A stretch of DNA of 62,476 bases, the filler included. It is 21 parts of 21 records of this genome, joined end to end, with 100 filler letters (N's around TTAATTAATTAA, not from the genome) between each part and the next. Parts side by side here need not be neighbours in the genome. Positions count along the whole stretch, not along the records: positions 11,373 to 15,477 come from SRR36015645_155402; positions 15,578 to 17,879 come from SRR36015645_156792; positions 17,980 to 21,732 come from SRR36015645_157341; positions 21,833 to 24,844 come from SRR36015645_158368; 17 more parts are not named here. One strand, 5' to 3'. Both the position numbers and the translations under genes were made by a program. Below, one piece after another: positions 11,375 to 21,886 of this stretch. Below the pieces are notes generated by a model, which worked only from the letters and a program-made list of their open reading frames with translations, did no database searches and was not told the DNA's origin. Positions within the stretch are counted from its first letter, which is position 1. Each line of letters opens with the position of its first letter.

Positions 11375-12139
11375 TTCACTAGTGTAGAAAGTGGCGTGCG
11401 TCACGTGTATACTAGCAACGTAAAGAAGCCTGTGCCCAATTACTTGACCATTATGGGATGCAGGGTGCGCATACGTTACAATGGTCAGTCACAGAACGAC
11501 CTAGTTTGCTACAACTGTTCTGCTCGTGGTCACGTGGCTGAAGACTGTAAAGAACCCGTGCAGTGTCGCATTTGTAAGGCACCCGACCACAAGTCGTGGA
11601 GATGTCCATCAAAACAAGAAAGGCCCACAAATACGCCTAAACCCGATAATGCAGAGATGGTAACCAAGGAAGTCCGCCCACGTGTGTCGTATGCAGACGT
11701 CCTAACCGGTGCCGTTTCCGCATCCGAATCCGTAAACCCGGGTCCACTCAATGACAGCCAAGGCTTTAGTGTGCCTTCAAACACCGACGAAAACGTAGTC
11801 TGGGAGAATATCAATAGTGGGGAAAACCCGCAATCGCAGGTTGCGTCGGCCAGGGGGAATAGTGATCCCCATGCAGCTCCGGCGGACACAAAGCAGAAGA
11901 GAAAGAAATGTGATTTGAGCGACTCAAGCTCTAGTGACATTCCTGTGCAGCCGGTTAAGAAAACGACTGCAACAGCAAGGATTACTGAGTCTAGTGATGA
12001 TAACTTGGTTATTGACGAAAGTGTTGAAAATGTTATGAATGTGTCTTTTGACTCACTTGAGCAAACAAACATTCCAAACAACAGTTTAATAGGTCCAGAA
12101 ACTTCTACTCCGCAAAAAAGTGTGTCATGCGGTGATTAA
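11375..12139 (+). CDS. LINE ORF1p C-terminal part with two CCHC knuckles; 5' partial
   Basis: CYNCSARGHVAEDC, CRICKAPDHKSWRC; lies upstream of ORF2. Confidence 0.88.
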   Translation, partial: FTSVESGVRHVYTSNVKKPVPNYLTIMGCRVRIRYNGQSQNDLVCYNCSARGHVAEDCKEPVQCRICKAPDHKSWRCPSKQERPTNTPKPDNAEMVTKEVRPRVSYADVLTGAVSASESVNPGPLNDSQGFSVPSNTDENVVWENINSGENPQSQVASARGNSDPHAAPADTKQKRKKCDLSDSSSSDIPVQPVKKTTATARITESSDDNLVIDESVENVMNVSFDSLEQTNIPNNSLIGPETSTPQKSVSCGD

Positions 12140-12181
12140 TATACAACCAGATATTTTGTTTGTGTAAATTAACGCATAATA

Positions 12182-15100
12182 ATGAAGCCTGTACGTCTAA
12201 TTATGAGTATTATTTTTATAGGGCTCTTGTTTAGTCAACTGTTTTGCCTTTGTACATACAGCATAATGAATTGTAAAAACTCCCTAATATCTTTTAATGT
12301 AAGGGGTATGAAAGGCAAATTGCAGGATATCGCTGTCTACTTAGAACAAAAGGCCCCTAATATAATTGCTCTGCAGGAAGTGCATGAATTAAATGACCTT
12401 GAAAAGAAAGTGATGTTTAAGTATTTTGATGAAAATTTGTGCTTTTTTAGTAACATTGAACATAACGCATCGTTTACAGCAGGGGTTGCAATTATTCTCA
12501 GGAATACTGGTGATCATACATTAAAAGTTCTGAAGTATGAAGAAATTGTTAAAGGCAGGTGCCAAATGGTCACTTTATTGTTAAATGATGTAGAATACTC
12601 GGTGGTCAACCTATATGCTCCAAATAGTCCAAGACAGCGCAAAACTTTTTATTCAAATGTTGTACAAAGTTTGCATGATAAAGTAACAGGTATACCTATT
12701 ATAACAGGTGATTTTAACATGGTAGAAAAAGAAATTGATTGTAAATATTTTAATTATGCCTACAACACAGCCGGCTTTCATAGTTTTAAGCAAATGATTG
12801 ACCTGCATAACTTATGCGATGTATACAGGTCGTTAAACCCCAATAAAATGGATTTTACGTGGCGGAACACTACTGGATCTGCCTCACGATTAGATAGGGT
12901 CTACGTAAATAAACAACTACTGAGGTATACAATTAACATCACTGGAACACCGAACCCATACAGCGACCACGACTGTCTTATGTTTATATTCAACGATCCA
13001 TCTAGCAAACCAAGACATAAATCGTTATGGCGATGTAATACAGCAAGGCTAAAAGAAGACGACTTGAAGCACCAAATTGAAGAATTCACATTGGCCTGGC
13101 GTTTGAAAAAGCAAAACTACGAAAACCCGTTAAAATGGTGGGATGACTACAAAACAAAAGTCAAGTATATCATTATCAAATATTGCAGTGGAAAGAGCAA
13201 ACAGGAACAAGAAACAACAACGAGAATAGAAGTGGACTTGAAAACACTGACAGAGAAACTCGACAAAGAAACAAACAAAGAAATTGCTGAAACTATCTTA
13301 CGAGAAATAGAGGAGTTAAACGATACACTACGCAGTATAAACAGGACAAAAATAGAGGGCGCAAAAATAAGATCCAGAGTAAAATACTTTGATGATGGGG
13401 AAAATACGCCAACGTATTTTACAGAAACGGAAAGGAAAAACAAGACAAAGACATTCATTCATTGTTTGAAGGGTAAAGACAACAGAATATTAGAAGGGGC
13501 TGAAGAAATCCAGACGGAAGTACGGAACTACTTCAAGGATTTGTATACAAAGCAAGAAACGGATGCTCCAATTCAAGAAGAGTTTTTGAATAAAATAGAC
13601 AACCTCCTTACTGAAGAGGACCGACTAATATGTGAAGACTTCATTAAGAAAGAGGAATTACTGGGAGCTCTAAAGCAGATGCGTAACAATAAGACACCGG
13701 GCGAAGATGGACTTCCTCGAGAGTTCTACTTGGAATACTGGCAACAAGTCGGAGATGACTTGACAGAAACACTGAACAACGCCTTCCTCGGAGGGAACCT
13801 TCCAGAATCCATGAAAATGGCAATAATAATCCTATTATACAAGAAACTGGATCATAGGCTTCTGAAAAACTTCAGACCTATCTCGTTACTAAACGTTGAT
13901 TATAAGCTACTAACGAAGGCTCTAGCAACCAGAATGAGGAAGATTATCGACAAGCTGATACATAAAAACCAGACATGCGGGATTTCAGGTAGAAACATCC
14001 ATGACAACCTGTTCTTGACGCAAAGTGTGCTTGACTATGCCATCTACACAAACAATTCATGTGCTGTCGTCGCTCTTGACAACGAGAAAGCTTTCGACAG
14101 GGTTGAGCACGACTGGTTGCAGAAGGTTTTGGAAAGATATGGTTTTGGACCAAATTTTATAAGGTGGATTAGTATTATTTATTCTGACATGAAGGCTAAA
14201 GTAATGGTTAATGGCAAGCTGCTGGATCCAATTAACATACAGAGGTCCCTCAGGCAAGGATGTCCGCTCTCCATGATGTTGTACATTCTTTCTACCGAAC
14301 CACTAGATGCAACAATAAGAAAAGATCCAGAAGTAAAAGGATTTGTTCTACCTGGTCACAGCGAGGTAAAAATATCATCGTATGCTGATGACAAAACTGT
14401 ATTTATTCGAGACAGTGCATCCCTGAAAGTTATAAACAGCCACATCGCAAGATTCGAAAGAGCATCAGGTGCCAAACAGAACGAGAGCAAAACGGAAATT
14501 TTACTTCTTGGCAGTTGGAATGGCCAAACGAATGAACTACCCTTGAATCAAGTTAAGCCGAATATAAACGTTCTAGGGGTGTTACATGGGCAGTATGGTT
14601 GCATCCAAGAAAACTGGACACCGGTAATCCAAAAAATTGAAAAGACACTAGACAAATGGAAAGACAGAGGATTATCAATGGGAGGAAGAAAGACTCTACT
14701 AAACGTGTTTGCACTCAGCAAAGTGTGGTATTTGGCCAGGGTCTTACCATTGGACGATACTACATCTAAAAAGCTGACGTCCTTATGCTTTAAATTTTTA
14801 TGGGAGATGCCAGTTGAGCCAATCAAGCGAGCAGTCATGTACTTGCCAAAAGAAGAAGGAGGGCAAAACATCGTTAATGTGACAGTTAGAACGCAAGCTT
14901 TGCTGGTCGACAGAGTTAGATCCATGCTTACAACAAAACATCCTTGGAGATCTTTTGCGGTGTACCAAATCGGACTACAACTAAGAAGATTGGATCAACA
15001 ATTTGCCAATAACAGTTTTCCAAAAGCAGAGGCACCCTATGGCATATACAGGAAGATATTGGAAATATACAAGCAAGTGGTTGTCAAGGAGCCAAACTTC

Positions 15101-15477
15101 AAGTGGAAAGCTTGTAAAATAAAGAATCTGTACACGGTAATGGCAAATGAAGAGGTGAAAATTGATATCAAGGAACAACACGAAGATAGAAATTGGGATA
15201 TCATCTGGGCAAACACTAACTGCAAATTTGTGGACTCCAAGCTACGTGACTTAAGTTTTCTAACCGTACATAATAGACTTAACACGGGAGACAGGAGAAA
15301 TAGACACAACATCATAAGAGATGCGAACGGAGCCCGGTATGATAACAACTGCAAATACTGCAAGCTTTGCATCGAGTCGATCAGACACATATTTCTGGAC
15401 TGTCCGAAGCTTGCTATGTTTAGAGGCACAATTAGAGACACCTATACGTCACGAAGATCAGGAGAAAGCATTGTCCA
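12182..15477 (+). CDS. L1/Tx1-type ORF2p (APE + RT + C-terminal CCHC); 3' partial
   Basis: SFNVRG, LQEVH, YAPN, GDFN, SRLDR, SDH; TPGEDG, NFRPISLLNVDYK, DNEKAFDR, RQGCPLS, YADD; CKYC..ESIRHIFLDC. Alternative start at MNCKNSLISFN. Confidence 0.95.
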
Positions 15478-15577
15478 NNNNNNNNNNNNNNNNNNNNNNN
15501 NNNNNNNNNNNNNNNNNNNNNTTAATTAATTAANNNNNNNNNNNNNNNNNNNNNNNNNNNNNNNNNNNNNNNNNNNN

Positions 15578-17558
15578 TGCTCCGTTGCCACTCACGATCA
15601 CGTGGCCGCGAGTTACTGTTCTGTTGCCACTGATGATCACGTGGCCGCTCGTTACTAGGCCTACTGCGTTGCCACTCACCATCTCGAAGCCCCTCATTAC
15701 GATCATGCTGCCACTCACTTCGATTACTTTGACGGTCTGCCCGATCATGCATAGGATCACTGGAACCACGTATGCCCAGAACTGATCTGTATGCACCAAC
15801 AAGTGCTCGAACGCCCCATTGGTTCAAATGGGTTCTGCTTTTAAGCTGGAACAGCCTGTCATTTTGCGTATCGTCGGGATTTTGGAATACTTTGTCATTG
15901 TCCAGGAACCGAATACCACGCTGATCACATAGGTTAGATAACATACAGTTAAGGTTGGCTTTCTTCACGTTGAAATCGTTGTCCTCTCGCGGTAGGACAC
16001 TACTGACGCATATTTTGGCATTGGGATACAAATTTTTGACATTGTCCAAGAGGTTTTCGTATCTGTTTAACGCCGTCGTTTCGTCCACAGGCGATTCATT
16101 TCGTATAGAATCAATGTCATTGCCAGCTATTTGAATTATTATGTCCTGCACGCCTTCTACTTTGTTGTTTAAGATGTATTCGCCCACATCCGGGATCTTA
16201 CCACCAGGGAGAGTCTTTACAAACACTTTACGCTCATCTCCTGTCGGTAGTATCTTGTGCGCGATTAGATTCTTCACAATAGAGGTGCCAACGATAATAA
16301 TGTCTCTCTTCATGGCCGGCGTGTTTGAGGAATTTTTAGCACGCGAGTCTTCTCGTCCGACCAACACGTCCTCATGGGCAGAATTTGCTGCTGGGCTATT
16401 TGGCTTATTATTCAGTACTGGAGCGCGTTTCTTCAGCTCATCATTTTCCTTCCTGTAATCATCCAGCTGTTTCTGTGTGTCACGTTTTTCTTTTTCATTT
16501 ATCTCCAGTTTTTGCTTCAGTTCTTTAACTTCGTGCTCCAGCATCTCTCTCCTAGTAATTTCTGCTTCAAGTTTGTCGCGTAGTGATACAGTATCCTGTT
16601 TCGAAGTGGAACTGTCTTCTATCTGCTTGTTTACCAACGACTTTAGTAGCTTGGTATCGGATTTTACCGTCGCAATCTCCCCCTCTAATTTACCGGTTGC
16701 TTCTTGTATAGCACTGCGCAGTGATTCAGCTACCGTGTTAATTTTCGCTTCTAGTGCTCCCTGAAAACCGGATAGGGCGTCTTTACACGTAACAAAATTC
16801 GCATCCAACAAATTAATGGCATCACATACGTTCTCAAAGTTATGCGTTAGATTCTCGTCCTTTTTATCATCCCGTTTCTTGTTTGATGTAGTTTTCGCAC
16901 TGCTTGTTTTCGATCCAATTTTACTTCCTAAGGCACGTGCTGCGCTGTTTCTCGTATTTACTTTATTTCCGTATGCTTTAGTATCATTGGTCGCCTTCAC
17001 AAATGTAACGTCACTATCATCGCAGGCAGCACCAACTTCTTGTCCCAAACTATTTATTGCACCATTTTTTTCGTCCACTAGCATTTTCAATGCTCCAAAG
17101 TCCGCGTTTTGCCATTTCGGAAATTTAGGCCCCTGTATCATAACCGTACCAGTTTGAAACAAACAGACTGTCACTAATTTTGTAGCACTTCCCGCCTTGT
17201 AAATTTTAAGCTGAGTGCCGCCAGGAACCTCTCCCCACTCACACTTAACCGTATGTTGCAATTCGTAACTCTCATCATAATAATGAGTGCACACGTCTTT
17301 CCATAGCGGAATTCTATCTGGTGTTGTCAGGAAGCAAGCGTCTGTTTCTATATAACTTTCCTGGCCAGTTGAAGGATCGATTTGCCGTAGTTTATAGTGA
17401 TTGTAAATTTCTTCATGCGCTTTGCCAGTAGGGGCATCGACAGGGCCCACAAATTTAGGTGTGTTTATGTTGAAATTGATCTTACCCGTATCTGTGTTAT
17501 CCGCAACACTGGAAGGAGTAGAAGGGTTATCCATACTGTCCATATTATCCATACACAC
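15578..17558 (-). CDS. LINE ORF1-like protein: TBP-like N-terminal domain, coiled coil, SGNH/GDSL esterase, repeat tail; 3' partial
   Basis: IIIVGTSIVK (block I), LPGGKI (II), IIQIAGND (III), RTHLNQWG (V); heptad coiled coil. Esterase ORF1s are known in CR1/L2/RTE-X LINEs. Confidence 0.75.
15579..15720 (-). repeat. Degenerate coding tandem repeat (about 33-39 bp units)
   Basis: Encodes RSEWQHD / RDGEWQRS / RPRDHQWQQ / RPRDREWQRS. TGCCACT and GATCACGTGGCCGC recur, and the contig breaks inside the repeat. Confidence 0.75.
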
Positions 17559-17979
17559 ACAGTTCTTTTTCCAGGGCGAATATCAGCGAGTCGTACTGAA
17601 CTTCAAGACAATGTTTATAGTAACTTCGACACACTGTTTATAGTAATCCTGTGACCGATTTCCAATGCGTATCACACACGATCCAAGCACATCACATTAG
17701 CGTAGGAATAACTGCCTTTATCCAATTCAGTGTCACTTTTACATCCTACTACACTGACTTGTAAATTGTCAGATTTTCAAAGTTCCCGCCACTCCAACAA
17801 AGGCTATACACCTGTGTTGTAACGAGATATCGGAGACCAGCTTTTGTGCGTCCGTACTGTACGCTAGCCACTGGTCAACNNNNNNNNNNNNNNNNNNNNN
17901 NNNNNNNNNNNNNNNNNNNNNNNTTAATTAATTAANNNNNNNNNNNNNNNNNNNNNNNNNNNNNNNNNNNNNNNNNNNN

Positions 17980-20960
17980 AAAACACGCTTAAGTAGACGC
18001 TGGTTTCCACTATTTACTAGTTTCACATAAAATCGACTGAGACACACTACTTGACGCTTAAATGGAGTGTCCCACCCCATTTCTCCCTTAACAGCCTCGG
18101 CATGGGTGTGTTTTTTGACGCCAAGGAAATATTTCATCGCCCGCTGATAAACAGAATTTATACAACTGTAATTGGCATATCCCCATATTTCAGCACCATA
18201 CTCCAGTATTGGAGCCACCATGGAATGGTATAGTTTAGTGAAGACATCGTACGAGAATCCGCCGAATGTTCGGTATTTAGCAATTAACAGTCCAAGGGCT
18301 CTACCACCCGCTTGAGCCAAGGCCTTCGTACACACATTATAATTAAGGTGTTCATCCAACCACAATCCCAAGTATTTGTATTTATCGACTACTTTAACTT
18401 CAAGCAGTCCACAGTTGAATTGAAAACGAGTTTTGGCGGCTGACGGCGCACGGAAGTGAACGATCTGGGTTTTCTCCTCGTTAAGACTAATTCTCCACTT
18501 ATTCATCCACTGGTTTAATGTCTCCAACATGTTTTGCAAGTCAACTTCACTTTCAGCCATAAGAACAACGTCATCTGCGTACAACAGGATACTAACACGT
18601 TCGTCATCATTCATGGATACTCCCTTGCCTAGGCTGTTAATTTCACGCACTAAGTCATTTACGTACAGATTGAAGAGCGTAGGGGATAACAGGCAACCTT
18701 GTTTCAGTCCAAGATCCACTGCAAACCAGTCTGTGAACAACGAATTAACTTTCACTCGACACTTCACGTCAGAATATAAAGCCTTTATTGCGCCCAACAT
18801 TTTGCCCTTTATCCCGAGTTTATGCAGCTTATAAAACAAACATGAGCGATCTACCGTGTCGAAAGCCTTTTTTGCATCCACAAAACACGCATAAACAGAT
18901 TGTCTATTTTTCACCTTGTTTCCAATTAGGCTTGTCAGTATGTGCAACTGGTCCACACACCCACGTGATTTTCTGAAGCCGCATTGTTCGTCAGCGTATA
19001 TGTTGTTTATTTCCGCCCAAGAAGAAAGCCGCTTATTAAGTATATCACAATAAACTTTACACGTATGATTTATAAGAGACAGTCCTCTGTATGATAACGG
19101 GTTACATGTATCTTCCATGTTCGATTTTGGCACCGGTGTAATTGTGGCTATGTTAAAGTCATATGGCACTTTACCACTCGAGAAACACAGATTGAACAGT
19201 TTGTGCAGATAGTTGACACAAGTATCGTTTTTTAGCACCTCGGCTGGTATGTTGTCGGGACCCATAGATTTACCACTTTTGGCTCGCTGAATAGCATTCT
19301 TAACTTCTAGAAACGAAATCTCGGTATTAAGCACTTCTGCAATTTGCGCGGCATTCTCGGGTTGATCATTTTCGAATGAAGTGTCACTCTCGTTTTCAAA
19401 TTGTTGCAAGTCACGTTTGATCTGTCCATAAAACACATTATCATAGGAGTTTGTATGCCTGCCATTAAGCAAATGTTTATAGTCATTTTCCCAGCGTTTT
19501 ACCACTTTGTCAGGATCACTGGTAATTGTCCCATCTGGCAAAGTAGTCTGCATTGGAATGTTGGTTTTCCTTTCCTTACCAGCACCAATATTTCCAATTT
19601 CCTTCCAAAAATCTGTTCGGCCTTTGTCACAGAGGTTATCAAGTTTTTGCTGTTGTTCTCTCCAGTACTTCCTTTTTTCTCTTTGGCATAAGCGATCGTA
19701 TATTTTACGCTTGTTGACAAATTCTTGCTTAAGAACAGGTTTGCTTGCACCGTAGCTCCGTAACCACGCCTTTTCCGCCGTGCACATTTCCTTCCATGCA
19801 GCTTTCAGTTCCTGGTTCCACCACGGTTGATTTCGCTTACACTTTTTCGGTTTTGTGCTGCTAACTGGATCGACAATAGTGTATTCTAACCTGCTCGCCA
19901 TCTCCGTTTTCACCGTATCCGAAAACTCAAGGAAAAGTGTATTTATCTGCGTTTGTGATGCAATATCGTTTTCTATTTCCTCTATTGTCCGTACGATTTG
20001 TTCAGTTATGTCAACATTATTCATAAAATCACTAGGCACATTGTCACGTCGGTATATCGCTTTTCTTTCGCCACTTATACATGTAGGCAGTGGTTGTTCT
20101 GTTTGATTAGTGTTAAGTGGTTCCTCACAACTTTTACATTTAAACATCCACGTCAGGACAGAATGATCTGGCAGTTTACACGTATTAGATTGCCAGTTCA
20201 GCTCACCGGATATTTCAGTTACTGTCTTAATGGCAAAATTACTATAATTGCGGATCTGCTCGTTTGGAACACAGCAATAGTCGACCACTGATCGCCCGCG
20301 TGTAGATATTGATGTGAACTCATTTTTGACACATTGTGGTAATCTTCCATTTAGCATACAGGTACTAGTGTCAATTAGAAATTGTAAGAATGAATGCCCA
20401 TGGTTGTTGGGCCCGTACTCATCTAGCGCGTCACGTGGTACAAGGCTGTCAACTCCTTCTATATAGTCCTGCTCATCCCCACACCTGGCGTTAAAATCAC
20501 CGCAGATTTGAAATGGCCCCAAATTTTGGTACGTATACACCTGTGTCAGTAAGTTATCAAAAAATTCGTTGCAGTCAATTCGCCTGGTAGAGTTTTCTGG
20601 TGGCAGGTAACACACACAAACTGTAAAACATGTGTGATCGGCTGGATCCTCAAATTTAATCCACAGTATTCCTTCTACTGAATTGTCCAGTACACTCACG
20701 CGAAATGTAGATTTAACACGGTCGTGAACAAGCACACCCACGCCTCCTGAGCCCCTACAGGCTCTTACACTTATACCTGTCCGGTTTTGCCCGTACCACG
20801 TGTAGTTTCTGATGTTTAACACATTGTTACCGGTGAAATGCGTTTCCGCCACACAGAATATGTCGAATTCGTTTTGCTGGATGAATTGTTCTCTGAACTT
20901 GAAATTGTCTGAAGTAGTTTGCTTTGAAATGCCGTTCACATTCCAGAAACCTACGCTGAC
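17980..20960 (-). CDS. LINE ORF2p (APE + RT), RTE-X/L2-group-like; no ATG start; 3' partial
   Basis: FWNVNG, VAETH, GSGGVG, YLPP, GDFNAR, VVDY, PDH; SYRGLSL, EQCGFR, DAKKAFD, GLKQGCLLSPTLF, YADD, YKYLG, YGAEIWG. The frame begins immediately after the ORF1 TAG. Confidence 0.9.
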
Positions 20961-21731
20961 CTATGTTCTCGATCTCGTACTTGGTTGTCGCATATCACTT
21001 TTTAGAAGCACTTTGCCGTTTCTAACAGTTAGAGTGTCATTAGAGCACTGTTTTACCACTTTTCTGAAGTTTGCTTCATTAATACGTTGTTCAGGTGTTT
21101 TAGCAATGTCTATATACACATTTTTATAGTCTGCAGAATTTCGTAGCTTTCTCTTTGCTTGCAAAATTTTAAGCCTGTCTTCCTTAGATGTGACCTTCAC
21201 AAGCACTATTGCAGGCGCACGTTGTTTGTTAGTCCTGCTATTTGCAGCACCAGCATTATTGTTTGCCGTCACACTATTATCGACTCGGACCCGCTTTCGC
21301 TCAGCTGCAGCAACAGTAATATTCTGCAACTGTAGGCCGTTTGTTATCAACGCATTAACTTTATCGGTGACATTTTCGTTGTTGGATTCCGGCAGCCGTG
21401 AAATAACTATGCTTAGTTCAATATCAGATTGCCTGTCGTACTGCGATTTAACATTGGCACTGTCTGCCTTTGCATCTGCTACGTCTGCAGCAACGTTTGC
21501 AAAACTGGCCTGCATTTCGCTCATTTGCACCTTAAGTGAATTACATTCCTCCACTTGACTCGCACACTTAGTCTCCAAGTCAACGAAACGTTTCTCCATA
21601 AGTTCAAAGTTTGACTCAAATGCTTTAAGTCGATTGTCCACAACACTTAACTGGTTGTCAATGCTGCTTTGCATTCCAAGCAAGACTTGAAGAATCCGTT
21701 CGTTTGTAACAGGCTGCGCTGCTGTTTCGCT
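20961..21731 (-). CDS. LINE ORF1p C-terminal part (coiled coil + RRM-like); 5' partial
   Basis: Coiled coil, IVISRLPE, IVLVKV, KRKLR..YKNVYID..TPEQR: typical of RRM/CTD-type ORF1. Confidence 0.8.
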   Translation of the reverse strand, partial: SETAAQPVTNERILQVLLGMQSSIDNQLSVVDNRLKAFESNFELMEKRFVDLETKCASQVEECNSLKVQMSEMQASFANVAADVADAKADSANVKSQYDRQSDIELSIVISRLPESNNENVTDKVNALITNGLQLQNITVAAAERKRVRVDNSVTANNNAGAANSRTNKQRAPAIVLVKVTSKEDRLKILQAKRKLRNSADYKNVYIDIAKTPEQRINEANFRKVVKQCSNDTLTVRNGKVLLKSDMRQPSTRSRT

Positions 21732-21886
21732 CNNNNNNNNNNNNNNNNNNNNNNNNNNNNNNNNNNNNNNNNNNNNTTAATTAATTAANNNNNNNNNNNN
21801 NNNNNNNNNNNNNNNNNNNNNNNNNNNNNNNNAGTGGCAAGAACGTTCGAGTAATCGACGCACATCAGTTTTTTTTCTACTAGGCC

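Noticed and set aside
17560-17760. PHD finger upstream of the esterase ORF1
   Set aside because: No frame gives a consistent Cys/His pattern; multiple stops.
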